From an uncultured Gammaproteobacteria bacterium (lineage in GTDB: Bacteria; Pseudomonadota; Gammaproteobacteria; JACCXJ01): 64,000 nt of DNA. The notes under the pieces were generated by a model. The model saw only the letters and a list, made by a program, of their open reading frames with translations, searched no databases and had not been told where the DNA came from. Position numbers and translations under genes: made by a program. Shown here one piece after another: positions 42,541-52,954 of the stretch (the stretch's first letter is position 1; each line of letters opens with the position of its first letter). The stretch covers positions 277,598-341,597 of the forward strand of contig CAVXTM010000016.1 of assembly GCA_963764725.1 (NCBI GenBank). Reading direction: 5' to 3'.

Positions 42541-45429
42541 ATGACCGCGCCTTCTCACGCCGCACCCGCGTTGACTCCGGAATTGGCTTCGGAGGCGAAG
42601 CGGTATTGGGACCAATTCGCTGAGGCAATCCCAAGGTCACCGCTAGGCACCGTCGTTGAGGAGGCACACCGGCAGAACATCATCCGAGTGTGCGTGTGCA
42701 GTCCGTTCGCCGCGCACTATTTCGCGAAGGATCCAAGCCGCCTCACGCAGCTTCTCGAGAGCGGCGATCTCGACCGCGGTTTCGGCGAACAAGAATATCC
42801 CGAACGGATCAAGCGTGCTGTCGCCGGCGCGCCGGACCAGGCGGCGCTCATGCGCGCTCTTCGCCAGGCACGTTACCGCGAATTCGTGCGCATCACCTGG
42901 CGCGATATCACCGCAGCCGCCGATCTCGATGAAACGATGGGAGATCTCTCGCGCTTTGCCGATGCCGCACTCGATGGTGCGCTCGGCTGGCTTTACCGAA
43001 AACAAGTGGAAACCTTTGGCGCCCCGCGGGATATTGATGAGACGGCCCAGTCGCTGGTCGTGATCGCGATGGGCAAGCTCGGCGCCCATGAGCTCAATTT
43101 TTCCTCGGACGTCGATTTCATCCTTGCTTATCCGCGCGCCGGGGAGTCGCATGGCGGAGCACGCTCGATATCCAACCAGGAATTCTTCAACCGCCTGGGC
43201 CAAGCCTTGATCAAAGTGTTGTCGGAAGTTACCGAGGATGGATTCGTGTTTCGTGCGGACATGCGCCTGCGGCCGTTTGGCGACAGCGGGCCGCTGGTGT
43301 TGAATTTTGACGCCATGGAGGCGTACTACGTGACTCATGCGCGCGATTGGGAGCGCTACGCCATGATCAAAGCCCGCATCGCCGCGGGGGATAAGCCGGC
43401 CGGGGAGAATCTGCTGGAGCGGCTGAAACCGTTTGTCTATCGCCGCTATCTCGATTTCGGCGCGATCGAGGCCTTACGCGACATGAAACGATTAATCGAT
43501 AGCGAGGTGACGCGCAAGGGGCTTGCGGAGAATATTAAGCTTGGGCGAGGAGGGATCCGCGAGATCGAGTTCATCGGGCAGACCTTTCAACTAATCCGCG
43601 GCGGACACCGGCCGGCGCTGCGCGACCGCCGCATTCTGGCCGTTCTCGAGTCCCTCGGGAACCTAAACTATCTGCCCGCGCCCGCCGTTGCCGAGTTGAC
43701 CGAAGCTTACCGCTTTTTGCGCCAGACGGAACATCGCTTGCAGCAAGTCGAGGACCAGCAGACTCATGTCTTGCCGAGAGGGGAGATAACCCGGCAGCGC
43801 GTGGCCTTGGGAATGGGGTTTAACGATTGGCCGAGCTTTCATGCGGCGCTCACACGGCACCGGGAGCGCGTTCAAACCCATTTCGATGCGCTCTTGGTCG
43901 GGCCGCACGATCCCGCCGCCAACGGTCCGCCGCTCATGCTGGCGCCGCAGCCGTGGCAGGGGATGGCCGACACCGCATCTCTATTACGCTGGTTGGAAGG
44001 CGCGGGGTTCAGCGATCCGCCCTCGATACTCGCAAGCATCGAGAAGTTGAGTAAAAGCGGGGGCGTGAGGCGGCTCAGCAATACCGATCAAATGCGGCTG
44101 GACCGGGTCCTGCCGAAGCTGCTTGAGGCCATAACGCGGGTAGCCGAACAGCCAACGGTGGCTGAACGCCTATTGACCATCGTCGAGGCGATAGCGCAAC
44201 GCAGCGTCTATCTGGTTTTGCTCGATGAGCATCCCGGCGCGCTCGAGCAACTGGTGCGCCTGTGCGCGGCCAGCCCCTGGATCGCGAATCGTATCGCCCG
44301 CCAACCGCTGCTGCTCGATGAGCTCATCGATCCGCGCACACTCTATGCGCCGCCGCGGGTGAGCGAGTTGAAGCGGGATCTCGCCGAGCAGTTAGCGCAT
44401 TTGGCGCGCGGGGATCTCGAGCAAGCCATGGAGATTCTGCGGCATTTCAAGCATGCGCAGGTCCTGCGCGTCGCGGCGGCCGACGTGGCCGGAGTGCTGC
44501 CCGTGCGCAAGGTCAGTGATCACCTAACCGGGATCGCCGAAACCGTGTTGCAGGCGGCCTTGGAAATCGCGCGGGACACCATGGCGCAACGCTATGGTGA
44601 ACCGATGTGTGGAGACGGCGCGGCGCGGCGCATCGCCGGTTTTGCGATCATCGCCTACGGTAAGCTCGGCGGCATTGAGCTCGGTTACGGATCCGACCTG
44701 GATCTCGTCTTCTTACACGATAGCTGCGGCGATGAGCAGCAGCCTGGCGGGCCGGTGCATCACCAAGAATTCTTCACCCGCCTGGGGCAGAGGATCATTC
44801 ACATGATAACCACGGCCACGGCTGCCGGAAAAGCATATGAGATCGATACCCGGTTGCGGCCGAGCGGGTCGGCGGGGTTATTGGTTAGCAGCCTCGATGC
44901 GTATCGCGAGTACGAACAAGCGCATGCGTGGACCTGGGAGCATCAAGCGCTCGTACGGGCGCGCGCAATCGCGGGAGATCCGAATACCGTACGCGAATTC
45001 GTACACCTACGGCGTGCCATCCTCGGCCGGCCTCGCGATGAGGACCGGCTCCGGCACGATGTGCGGGAGATGCGCGAGCGGATGCGCCGGGAGCTGTCCC
45101 GCGATGCGCCCGGGGACTTCGATATCAAGCACGGGCAGGGTGGTGTCACCGAGATCGAATTTGTGGTGCAATATGCGGTTTTACGCTGGTCTGCTCAGCA
45201 CGCAGAGCTTGTGGATTTCACCGACAATCGCCGTTTGCTGGAACTCTTATCGCGCCTGCGGCTGTTATCGGACGAGGACTGCCAGGCTTTGCAAGAGGCT
45301 TATTTCGCTTACCGTGCCAAGCTTCACGCCTTGGCGTTGCAGGAGCGGCCGGCCTTGGCCGACAATGCGGAATTCGGCGCCCAGCGTGCAAGGGTCGGTG
45401 AGGCGTGGCGCCGGGTGATCGGGGCATGA
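42541..45429 (+). CDS. glnE: Bifunctional glutamine synthetase adenylyltransferase / adenylyl-removing enzyme
   Basis: 962 aa; two nucleotidyltransferase domains (GKLGAHELNFSSDVDFIL and GKLGGIELGYGSDLDLVFLH). Confidence 0.95.
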   Translation: MTAPSHAAPALTPELASEAKRYWDQFAEAIPRSPLGTVVEEAHRQNIIRVCVCSPFAAHYFAKDPSRLTQLLESGDLDRGFGEQEYPERIKRAVAGAPDQAALMRALRQARYREFVRITWRDITAAADLDETMGDLSRFADAALDGALGWLYRKQVETFGAPRDIDETAQSLVVIAMGKLGAHELNFSSDVDFILAYPRAGESHGGARSISNQEFFNRLGQALIKVLSEVTEDGFVFRADMRLRPFGDSGPLVLNFDAMEAYYVTHARDWERYAMIKARIAAGDKPAGENLLERLKPFVYRRYLDFGAIEALRDMKRLIDSEVTRKGLAENIKLGRGGIREIEFIGQTFQLIRGGHRPALRDRRILAVLESLGNLNYLPAPAVAELTEAYRFLRQTEHRLQQVEDQQTHVLPRGEITRQRVALGMGFNDWPSFHAALTRHRERVQTHFDALLVGPHDPAANGPPLMLAPQPWQGMADTASLLRWLEGAGFSDPPSILASIEKLSKSGGVRRLSNTDQMRLDRVLPKLLEAITRVAEQPTVAERLLTIVEAIAQRSVYLVLLDEHPGALEQLVRLCAASPWIANRIARQPLLLDELIDPRTLYAPPRVSELKRDLAEQLAHLARGDLEQAMEILRHFKHAQVLRVAAADVAGVLPVRKVSDHLTGIAETVLQAALEIARDTMAQRYGEPMCGDGAARRIAGFAIIAYGKLGGIELGYGSDLDLVFLHDSCGDEQQPGGPVHHQEFFTRLGQRIIHMITTATAAGKAYEIDTRLRPSGSAGLLVSSLDAYREYEQAHAWTWEHQALVRARAIAGDPNTVREFVHLRRAILGRPRDEDRLRHDVREMRERMRRELSRDAPGDFDIKHGQGGVTEIEFVVQYAVLRWSAQHAELVDFTDNRRLLELLSRLRLLSDEDCQALQEAYFAYRAKLHALALQERPALADNAEFGAQRARVGEAWRRVIGA

Positions 45430-45450
45430 CGATGCGGGGAGAAGACAATA

Positions 45451-46377
45451 ATGACAATGGCTGATCGCGACGGCCTCATCTGGATGGACGGGGAGATGCT
45501 GCCTTGGCGCGAGGCCAAGGTGCACGTCCTCACCCACACGTTGCATTACGGCATGGGGGTGTTTGAAGGCATACGCGCCTATAAGGCCGAGCGGGGAACA
45601 GCCATCTACCGCCTGCGCGAGCACATCCAACGCTTGTTTCGTTCGGCGCACATCCTCGGGATGCCGATGCCTTACGAGCGATCGGCCTTGACCCAAGTGT
45701 GCCGGGAAGTCGTGCGCGCCAACCATCTGGAGAGCGCCTACCTCCGGCCCTTGTGTTTTTACGGCTCGGAGGGGATGGGCTTGCGTGCGGATAATCTAAA
45801 AACTCATATTATGGTGGCGGCCTGGCATTGGGGCCCTTATCTCGGCGCCGCGGGTCAGGAGCAAGGGATCCGCATCAAGACCTCGTCCTTTACCCGCCAT
45901 CACGTCAATATCACGATGTGTAAGGCCAAGGCCAACGGCAACTACATGAATTCCATGCTGGCGCTGCAAGAGGCCCTGCAGGCCGGATACGACGAAGCCT
46001 TGTTGTTGGATGTCGAGGGCTACGTGACGGAAGGCAGCGGAGAGAATATCTTCATCGTGCGTGACGGCATCCTGTACACACCCGATTTGACTTCCGCATT
46101 GGAGGGAATCACGCGCGCCAGCATCATCACGCTCGCCGGAGAGATTGGGATCCCGGTGCAGGAGAAGCGCATCACGCGCGATGAGGTCTATATCGCGGAC
46201 GAAGCGTTCTTTACCGGCACCGCCGCCGAGGTAACGCCGATCCGGGAGCTTGACGGGCGGCGCATCGGCGCCGGACAACGCGGCCCCATTACGGCTAACC
46301 TGCAGACCCTGTTTTTCGATCAGGTGCATGGCCGCCGGGCGGAACACTCCGAGTGGCTCACGCCCGTCGCTGATTAA
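45451..46377 (+). CDS. ilvE: Branched-chain amino acid aminotransferase
   Basis: IWMDGEMLPWREAKVHVLTHTLHYGMGVFEGIRAY... Confidence 0.95.
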   Translation: MTMADRDGLIWMDGEMLPWREAKVHVLTHTLHYGMGVFEGIRAYKAERGTAIYRLREHIQRLFRSAHILGMPMPYERSALTQVCREVVRANHLESAYLRPLCFYGSEGMGLRADNLKTHIMVAAWHWGPYLGAAGQEQGIRIKTSSFTRHHVNITMCKAKANGNYMNSMLALQEALQAGYDEALLLDVEGYVTEGSGENIFIVRDGILYTPDLTSALEGITRASIITLAGEIGIPVQEKRITRDEVYIADEAFFTGTAAEVTPIRELDGRRIGAGQRGPITANLQTLFFDQVHGRRAEHSEWLTPVAD

Positions 46378-46383
46378 GACGTC

Positions 46384-46593
46384 ATGATGAACGACGTTCG
46401 AATCGAGCCCGAGCGGAATACGCCGAACGACCGGCGCTTGGTTGAGATCACCCCAGTCGATCTGCCCTTGCACTGCCCCCTGCCGAGCATGAGTCTGTGG
46501 AATTCCCATCCCCGGGTGTATCTGCCGATCGAGGCCACCGGCAAGGCCAAATGCCCCTATTGCAGCACCGACTTCGTGCTCGTCGAACGCTAA
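46384..46593 (+). CDS. Small zinc-finger-domain protein
   Basis: 69 aa with paired C-x-x-C-like ligands (LHCPLP... KCPYCST). Confidence 0.5.
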   Translation: MMNDVRIEPERNTPNDRRLVEITPVDLPLHCPLPSMSLWNSHPRVYLPIEATGKAKCPYCSTDFVLVER

Positions 46594-46786
46594 CCGTCCG
46601 CAGCCCCTCGCAGGATGGCAAGCGCCGGTGAGGTTGAAGGTGGTATCGGATCCACCGGTGCGGGGTGCTTAGTCGGGTTGCAGGATGTGGTTGGTCGGGT
46701 TGACAGCGCTATACTTAGCTTGTAAACCCGATCCCGCGGCTAACACCGACAAACGTAACTGCGAATGGCAATTTTGGAGGTGGCCA

Positions 46787-47023
46787 ATGCAAGAATATAA
46801 ATCGGACAAGCTTGTCGTGCGTTACGATCCTGAGATATGTATTCACGCGGGGAACAGTGTCCGTGAGCTTCCGGCAGTCTTCGACGTCGCGAAGGACCCC
46901 TGGATCACTATACACGGCGCGCCCGTTGACGAGATCGGGAACCAGGTTAAGCACTCTCCCTCGGGGGCGTTAAGCTACGAGATCCTGGATAAGACAAGTA
47001 AGTCGCCGGACGTACACCCGTGA
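46787..47023 (+). CDS. Divergent 4Fe-4S mono-cluster (Fer4_19-like) protein
   Basis: MQEYKSDKLVVRYDPEICIHAGNSVRELPAVFDVAKDPWI...; RBS GGAGG. Confidence 0.55.
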   Translation: MQEYKSDKLVVRYDPEICIHAGNSVRELPAVFDVAKDPWITIHGAPVDEIGNQVKHSPSGALSYEILDKTSKSPDVHP

Positions 47024-48957
47024 CACAAAAGCTGTGCAGACCCTACGGTTCCTGGACCTCGCCGATCACAAGTGATCTCATCGTTGCCAAGTCCATCGGC
47101 CTCGGCGGCATTCAGTCCGACGGCCGGAATCTTTATTGGCACGAGATGCGGCCCGAGGAGGGCGGCCGCGGCGTCATCGTTTGTTACGACGGGCAAGAGG
47201 CGGTATCAGCGCTGGTACCGCCGCCGTTCAATGCTCGTAGCCGTGTTCACGAGTATGGCGGCGGATCTTTCCTCGCGGCGGATGGGATCGTCTATTTCTC
47301 GAACTTCGAGGACCAACGCATCTACCGCGTCATGCCCGGTGTTCCACCGGAAGCCCTGACGCCCGAAGGCGCGTTTCGCTACGCCGATACTGCCCTCGAT
47401 CGAATAAGGGAACGCCTGATCTGCGTGCGCGAAGATCATTCCGATCCCGGCCGGGAACCCATCAATACCGTAGTTGCCATATCGCTTGCGAAAACCACGG
47501 ACGCAGAGGTGCTGGTTTCGGGCTCGGATTTCTATTCCAACCCGCGCCTGAGCCCCGATGGCCGGCACATCTGTTGGCTCTGTTGGTATCACCCGAACAT
47601 GCCTTGGGACGGGACCGAGCTCTGGGTTGCAAGCGTCCGGGATGATGGTTCCTTGGGCGATGCGCGCCGCATCGCGGGCAGTCCCACGGAATCGATCTTC
47701 CAGCCCGAGTGGTCTCAGGACGGCCGCAGCCTTTTTTTCGTCTCCGATCGGAGCGGGTGGTGGAACCTTTATTGTTGGACCGATCTCGAGGTCAAGGGGC
47801 TGGCGCCGATGGAAGCGGAGTTCGGCCTTCCTCAGTGGGTGTTCGGAGAAAGCACGTATGCTTTTCTATCACCACGTGAGATCGCGTGCACGTATATACA
47901 AGGCGGATCCAGCCACTTCGCTTACCTCAATGTGGACTCGGGCAAGTTGCGCGCGGTTGAGTTACCCTATACCGCCATCGGTTCGCTGCGCGCACACGGG
48001 CGCGAGATAGCGTTTATCGGCGCCTCGCCCACGGAGTTTCCTTCCGTCGTTTCGATTAACCCGGCTTCGGGTAGCACGCGCGTTCTGAAGCGCTCCAGTG
48101 ATCTCGATCTCGACCCCGGCTATGTTTCGGCCGGCGAGCCGATCGAGTTTCCGGTCGACGGCGGCCGTTGCGCACACGGGTTTTTCTATGCGCCCGTGAA
48201 TATGGACTTTACGGCCCCGGCGGACGAGCGCCCGCCGCTCCTCGTGACCAGCCACGGGGGGCCCACAGCCGCAACCAACAACGGCTTGAAGCTCATGACA
48301 CAATTCTTCACCAGCCGAGGATTCGCGGTCTTGGATGTCAACTACGGGGGCAGCACCGGGTTCGGCCGCGTCTATCGCGAACGGCTCTACGGCCAGTGGG
48401 GGATCGTCGATGTCCAGGATTGCATCCAGGGCGCGCTGCATCTGGTCGGCCAAGGCAAGGTCGATCCCAAGCGGCTGGCCATTCGCGGCGGCAGTGCCGG
48501 GGGTTTCACGACGCTTGCCGCGCTCACGTTTCACGATGTGTTTACCGCCGGGGCGAGCCACTATGGCGTGAGTGATCTCGAAGCCTTGGTCCGCGATACG
48601 CACAAGTTCGAATCGCGTTATCTCGACCAGCTCATCGGCGCTTACCCGGCGCGCGCTGATCTCTACCGCGCACGTTCACCGATCCACGCGCTGGAACGTC
48701 TGTCTTGTCCCGTGATCTTTTTCCAGGGCTTGGAGGACAAGGTGGTGCCGCCGAACCAAAGCGAGCGGATGGTCGCCGCCTTGCGGAGTAAAGGGTTGCC
48801 CGTGGCCTATGTCTGTTACGAGGGCGAACAGCATGGCTTTCGCCAGGCTAAGAATATCAAACGCACCTTGGATGCCGAGCTTTATTTCTACTCGCGCGTC
48901 TACGGTTTCGATCTCGCGCAACCCGTCGAGCCAGTGACAATAGAGAACCTCCATTGA
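47020..48957 (+). CDS. S9-family serine peptidase (prolyl-oligopeptidase / acylaminoacyl-peptidase-like) with an N-terminal beta-propeller
   Basis: C-terminal alpha/beta-hydrolase domain with the nucleophile GGSAGGF plus D/H; N-terminal WD40/TolB-like propeller. Confidence 0.85.
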   Translation: MTQKLCRPYGSWTSPITSDLIVAKSIGLGGIQSDGRNLYWHEMRPEEGGRGVIVCYDGQEAVSALVPPPFNARSRVHEYGGGSFLAADGIVYFSNFEDQRIYRVMPGVPPEALTPEGAFRYADTALDRIRERLICVREDHSDPGREPINTVVAISLAKTTDAEVLVSGSDFYSNPRLSPDGRHICWLCWYHPNMPWDGTELWVASVRDDGSLGDARRIAGSPTESIFQPEWSQDGRSLFFVSDRSGWWNLYCWTDLEVKGLAPMEAEFGLPQWVFGESTYAFLSPREIACTYIQGGSSHFAYLNVDSGKLRAVELPYTAIGSLRAHGREIAFIGASPTEFPSVVSINPASGSTRVLKRSSDLDLDPGYVSAGEPIEFPVDGGRCAHGFFYAPVNMDFTAPADERPPLLVTSHGGPTAATNNGLKLMTQFFTSRGFAVLDVNYGGSTGFGRVYRERLYGQWGIVDVQDCIQGALHLVGQGKVDPKRLAIRGGSAGGFTTLAALTFHDVFTAGASHYGVSDLEALVRDTHKFESRYLDQLIGAYPARADLYRARSPIHALERLSCPVIFFQGLEDKVVPPNQSERMVAALRSKGLPVAYVCYEGEQHGFRQAKNIKRTLDAELYFYSRVYGFDLAQPVEPVTIENLH

Positions 48958-48960
48958 TAC

Positions 48961-50067
48961 TCAGAGCTTTGATCCTGCTCGGGGCACCCCGGCGGCCTGC
49001 CGGGCAAGGGCCCAGGCGACGTGCTCGCGGACCAATTCCGAGGGATGCGCGCGCCTTTGCTCCAGGGCCGCGACAACCTCGGGTGAGGCGGGCGCGTTTC
49101 CCAAGGCCACGGCGATATTGCGTAGCCACCCTTCGTAACCGATGCGCCGAATCGCGGAACCTTCAGTGTTTTTCAGAAACACCTCCTCGGTCCAATTAAA
49201 CAGAGCAATGAGATCGGACGCATCCAATCCATGGCGAGGTTTGAAATCGGTCTCCCGGCTCAAGTGCGCGAAGCGGTTCCAAGGGCAGACCAGTTGGCAG
49301 TCGTCGCAACCGAAGATGCGGTTGCCGATCAAGGGCCGCAGCGGTTCCGGGATCGAACCGCGAAGCTCGATCGTGAGATACGAAATACAACGCCGAGCAT
49401 CGAGCCGATAAGGCCCGAGGATCGCTCGGGTAGGACAGATTTCGATACACGCGCTGCAGCGGCCGCAATGGTTCGCAGCGTGAGGCGGATCGGTCGGCAG
49501 CGGCAGATCGGTATAGATCTCACCCAAAAAAAACCAGGAACCCGCCTGGCGATGAATCAGGTTCGTGTGCTTGCCGATCCAGCCAAGACCGCCGTTGCGC
49601 GCCAAGGCCTTCTCCAGAACCGGGGCGCTGTCGGAGAACACGCGATAGCCGTGGCGCCCGGCGCGCGCGCCGATGCGATCGGCCATGCGCCGCAGCCGTT
49701 GCCGGAGCACTCGATGGTAATCACGGCCGAGGGCATAGCGGGCGATATAGCCTAAGCGGGGGTTGTCGAGTACGGCTTGCGCTGAAGCGGCGCCGGACGG
49801 GAGATAGTCCAGGCGTGCCGAGATCACTCGCAGTGTCCCCGGCACCAACTCATCCGGGCGGCTTCTTTTCGTGCCGTGCCGTGCCATGTAGCGCATCTCG
49901 CCGTGATAACCCGCGGCGAGCCAGTCGCGAAGGCGGTGCTCGTCGTCGCCGAGATCGATCCCGGCAATGCCGATCTGCTGAAAACCGAGATCTCGGCCCC
50001 ACGCTTTGATTTCCGTTGCTAAGCGAGCGTAGTTCAAGGCATTAGCCGTTGCCGAATAGGCGCTCAA
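48961..50067 (-). CDS. queG: Epoxyqueuosine reductase
   Basis: ...CGRCSACIEICPTRA...GCDDCQLVCPWN... (two 4Fe-4S motifs) and a C-terminal HEAT-like region. The start is assigned to TTG (MSAYSATANALNYARL...). Confidence 0.85.
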   Translation of the reverse strand: MSAYSATANALNYARLATEIKAWGRDLGFQQIGIAGIDLGDDEHRLRDWLAAGYHGEMRYMARHGTKRSRPDELVPGTLRVISARLDYLPSGAASAQAVLDNPRLGYIARYALGRDYHRVLRQRLRRMADRIGARAGRHGYRVFSDSAPVLEKALARNGGLGWIGKHTNLIHRQAGSWFFLGEIYTDLPLPTDPPHAANHCGRCSACIEICPTRAILGPYRLDARRCISYLTIELRGSIPEPLRPLIGNRIFGCDDCQLVCPWNRFAHLSRETDFKPRHGLDASDLIALFNWTEEVFLKNTEGSAIRRIGYEGWLRNIAVALGNAPASPEVVAALEQRRAHPSELVREHVAWALARQAAGVPRAGSKL

Positions 50068-50232
50068 ACCGCTCCCGCGTCTCCCTGCTCGCGAAGCGCT
50101 CCGTGAATTTCTTACCGCTCTTGCGCAGTTCGTGCAGGGTTGCGCCGGGCGCGCCCTCCCCCGCATGGCGTCCCCCTGCCAGCGCCTTACGATAGCGTTT
50201 GCGGATGACGCGGCTCGCGAGCGTCATCATGG

Positions 50233-51063
50233 CTAAAATCCGCGCGCTTCGCGGATGCACTCATAGGCGGCGCGGATCTCGCGGGTTTTTTGCGTCGCGA
50301 GCTTGATCATCTCCTCCGGCAGCCCCTTCGCCACAAGCTTATCCGGGTGGTGTTGGCTCATGAGCCGGCGATAGGCTTTCTTGACTTCAGCGTTGGTCGC
50401 GGTCGCCGTCAGGTTCAGGATCGCGAAGGCATCCTCCACGCCATACTCTTCCCGCGCTTCCCGCGGGGCCTCGGCGCGCGAACGCCACCTGTGGCCGGCT
50501 TCCGCGCGCGCCATCGCTTCGAGACGCTGGTACTCCAGGCGCGAGAACCCGAGCCGGTCGGACACATACAATAGGAGCCGGTGCTCGGCGGGATCGAGCT
50601 GAGCGTCGGCCCATGCCGCCGCGAGCTGGATCTCGAGGAACATACGCATGAGGCTGTGCCGGTTGCGGATTTCGTGGCGAAGCTGCGCCAAAACCGCATC
50701 CAGGGGGAAGTCCTGGGACTTGCCTTCACTGAATAAGTGCATCGCAGTCCGCATCTGATCCGGGGCCAGATCCATCCGCCCCATCACGCTGCGCGCCAGG
50801 TTGATCTCGCGATCCGTGACCCGTCCGTCGGCCTTGCAGATATGTCCCATCACGGCGAAGGTCGCAGTATAGAAGGCCGTCTGGACGCTCTCGCGGGCGT
50901 CGGGACCGTCGGGACGCCTGCCCTCGAAGGGCCGCGCGAGGCCTTCATCCACGTTGTGCCCGAGCGCCGCCCCGAGCATGGCCCCAAGGGGCCCCCCCAG
51001 CATGTAGCCGAAGGCGCCGCCGATTATCTTGCCCCACCATGCCATAGCGCCCCATTGTACCAA
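50233..51063 (-). CDS. djlA: Co-chaperone DjlA (TerB-like domain plus C-terminal J domain)
   Basis: N-terminal TM segment; C-terminal DAFAILNLTATATNAEVKKAYRRLMSQHHPDK. Confidence 0.85.
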   Translation of the reverse strand: MVQWGAMAWWGKIIGGAFGYMLGGPLGAMLGAALGHNVDEGLARPFEGRRPDGPDARESVQTAFYTATFAVMGHICKADGRVTDREINLARSVMGRMDLAPDQMRTAMHLFSEGKSQDFPLDAVLAQLRHEIRNRHSLMRMFLEIQLAAAWADAQLDPAEHRLLLYVSDRLGFSRLEYQRLEAMARAEAGHRWRSRAEAPREAREEYGVEDAFAILNLTATATNAEVKKAYRRLMSQHHPDKLVAKGLPEEMIKLATQKTREIRAAYECIREARGF

Positions 51064-51174
51064 TTCCGTCCGCCGCGGTTTGGGCGGCTTCGGATTACGC
51101 GGGCGGAATGAATCCGGTTAAACTAGGGACGGTTCACGCCGAAGCCGAACTCCGTACATCCAGTAGAAGGCACC

Positions 51175-52269
51175 ATGATCAACTTCATTCAAGACTGGTA
51201 TCGCAGGAATTTCGCCGATCCCCAGGCGATGCTGCTGGCAGTGTTCATGGCCGTGACTTTCAGCGTCATTCTCGTCATGGGCGACATGTTGGCGCCGTTC
51301 TTGGCCGCGATCATTATCGCCTACCTCTTGGAAGGGCCGGTGCAGTATCTGCAAAAGGCGTCGGGCTCGCGCAGCATCGCTGTCGTGGTGGTGTTTCTCC
51401 TGTTCATGGCCGTCCTGCTGTTCCTGGTCTTGGGGCTCATTCCTCTCCTCTACCGCCAGGTCGCGGAATTTTTTCAGGAGCTTCCAAATCTCATCAACGA
51501 CGGGCGCACGACCTTGCTGACCTTGCCCGAGTCCTATCCGGCTTTCGTATCCGTCGAGCACGTGGAAGAGCTGATGACGATGATGCGGCGGAGCATCGCA
51601 GCGTTCGGTGAAAACGTTTTGTCCGTCTCCCTGGCGTCCATCCCCACCCTCATCACCGCCCTGGTGTATTTGATCGTGGGTCCTCTGCTCCTGTTCTTCT
51701 TCCTCAAGGACAAAGCTCTCATTCTCGGCTGGGCGCGGGATTTCTTGCCGCACGATCGCAGGCTCTTGCTCAAGGTCTGGCGGGAGATGGATGATCAGAT
51801 CGGCAATTACGTGCGCGGCAAGATCAACGAGATCCTGATCGTCGGTGTCGTCACCTACGTCATCTTCGCGCTCATGGGCTTGTCGTACGCCGCGCTTCTC
51901 GCGGTGCTTGTCGGGGTATCGGTGATCATCCCGTACATCGGCGCCGTGGCGGTGACCTTTCCGGTGGCCTTCGCCGGCTACGGCCAGTGGGGCTGGGGAC
52001 CGGATTTCGCCTGGTTCATGGTCGCCTATGCCGTCATCCAGGGCTTGGACGGCAACCTGCTCGTCCCACTGTTATTCTCGGAAGCCGTGAATCTCCATCC
52101 GGTGGCGATCATCCTTGCCGTGCTGGTGTTCGGCGGGTTCTGGGGGTTTTGGGGGGTGTTCTTCGCGATCCCGCTCGCGACCTTGGTCAAGGCATTGCTC
52201 AATGCCTGGCCGAAAACTCCGGGCGAGGCGCCCGTTCAACTCCCGGAAATGCGCCAGCAAGCGCGATAG
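51175..52269 (+). CDS. AI-2E family transporter (second copy)
   Basis: 364 aa, polytopic; MINFIQDWYRRNFADPQAMLLAVFMAV... Confidence 0.8.
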   Translation: MINFIQDWYRRNFADPQAMLLAVFMAVTFSVILVMGDMLAPFLAAIIIAYLLEGPVQYLQKASGSRSIAVVVVFLLFMAVLLFLVLGLIPLLYRQVAEFFQELPNLINDGRTTLLTLPESYPAFVSVEHVEELMTMMRRSIAAFGENVLSVSLASIPTLITALVYLIVGPLLLFFFLKDKALILGWARDFLPHDRRLLLKVWREMDDQIGNYVRGKINEILIVGVVTYVIFALMGLSYAALLAVLVGVSVIIPYIGAVAVTFPVAFAGYGQWGWGPDFAWFMVAYAVIQGLDGNLLVPLLFSEAVNLHPVAIILAVLVFGGFWGFWGVFFAIPLATLVKALLNAWPKTPGEAPVQLPEMRQQAR

Positions 52270-52389
52270 CTGTTCCTGAGGCTGCAACCCGAAATCTTGC
52301 ATAATGCGTTCGATTTGTCCGCCTGCGGCCCAATTGCAGCCGGCACGTCGCCCGCACACGCTGCGGACGACGTCCTCAATCTTCAAGAC

Positions 52390-52545
52390 TTAAAGCTGCG
52401 GCTTCTCCGCACCGCTTCCCTTCATAATGATCTTCTTCGCCGTCTCGAACCAAGAATCTATCGTGGTTACCATCGGCATGAGCTTGGCGTAAAATTTAGC
52501 GCCTAGGTAGAGACCTAGGACGATACCTAGAATCAACCAGACCAT
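52390..52545 (-). CDS. Candidate 51-aa single-TM peptide in a low-GC insert (below the ORF-track length cut-off)
   Basis: GGAGG 6 nt upstream of the ATG at 52543-52545; MVWLILGIVLGLYLGAKFYAKLMPMVTTIDSWFETAKKIIMKGSGAEKPQL*. Confidence 0.3.
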   Translation of the reverse strand: MVWLILGIVLGLYLGAKFYAKLMPMVTTIDSWFETAKKIIMKGSGAEKPQL

Positions 52546-52568
52546 AGAACACCTCCTCTAAATTATCT

Positions 52569-52814
52569 TTATAAACAAGCGATCGTGCGTCTATAAATAT
52601 ACCAGCCGGTCATCCCGCTGCACACCTCCTCGTACGCCGGTTTCGGCGTGGAACCGCCGGCGTAACCCACCGCCGTCGAGTAGACGCCGCTAGTTTGCCA
52701 GTATTTTCGTTCCGCGCCCCAAAAGCATCCGAGTCCGAACAAAGCCCGCTCCAACCCCGCCGGAAAAGGTGGTTCTAACCGGCGTCCATTCACGAAATGA
52801 GTGGCCACCACCAC
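52569..52814 (-). pseudogene. msrA: Peptide methionine sulfoxide reductase MsrA, N-terminal about 70 aa only, truncated at about 52615 by low-GC DNA
   Basis: [47 protein letters not shown], then nonsense and AT-rich sequence. Confidence 0.6.
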
Positions 52815-52954
52815 CCGCGCCGCACGCCCTACAACACCTCGTGGGGGATGCTCGTGTGCCTGCCGAACATGCCCTACCCCTTGAGTAAATTCGCCTTTAA
52901 TGCGTGTCTCATTATAATTGGCCGCTTTTAATCAGTCTCGGGAATTGCTGCGCC

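Noticed and set aside
41741-42667. 308-aa minus-strand ORF
   Set aside because: Antisense to the exported-protein gene and the glnE upstream region; low-complexity Arg/Pro/Ser composition.
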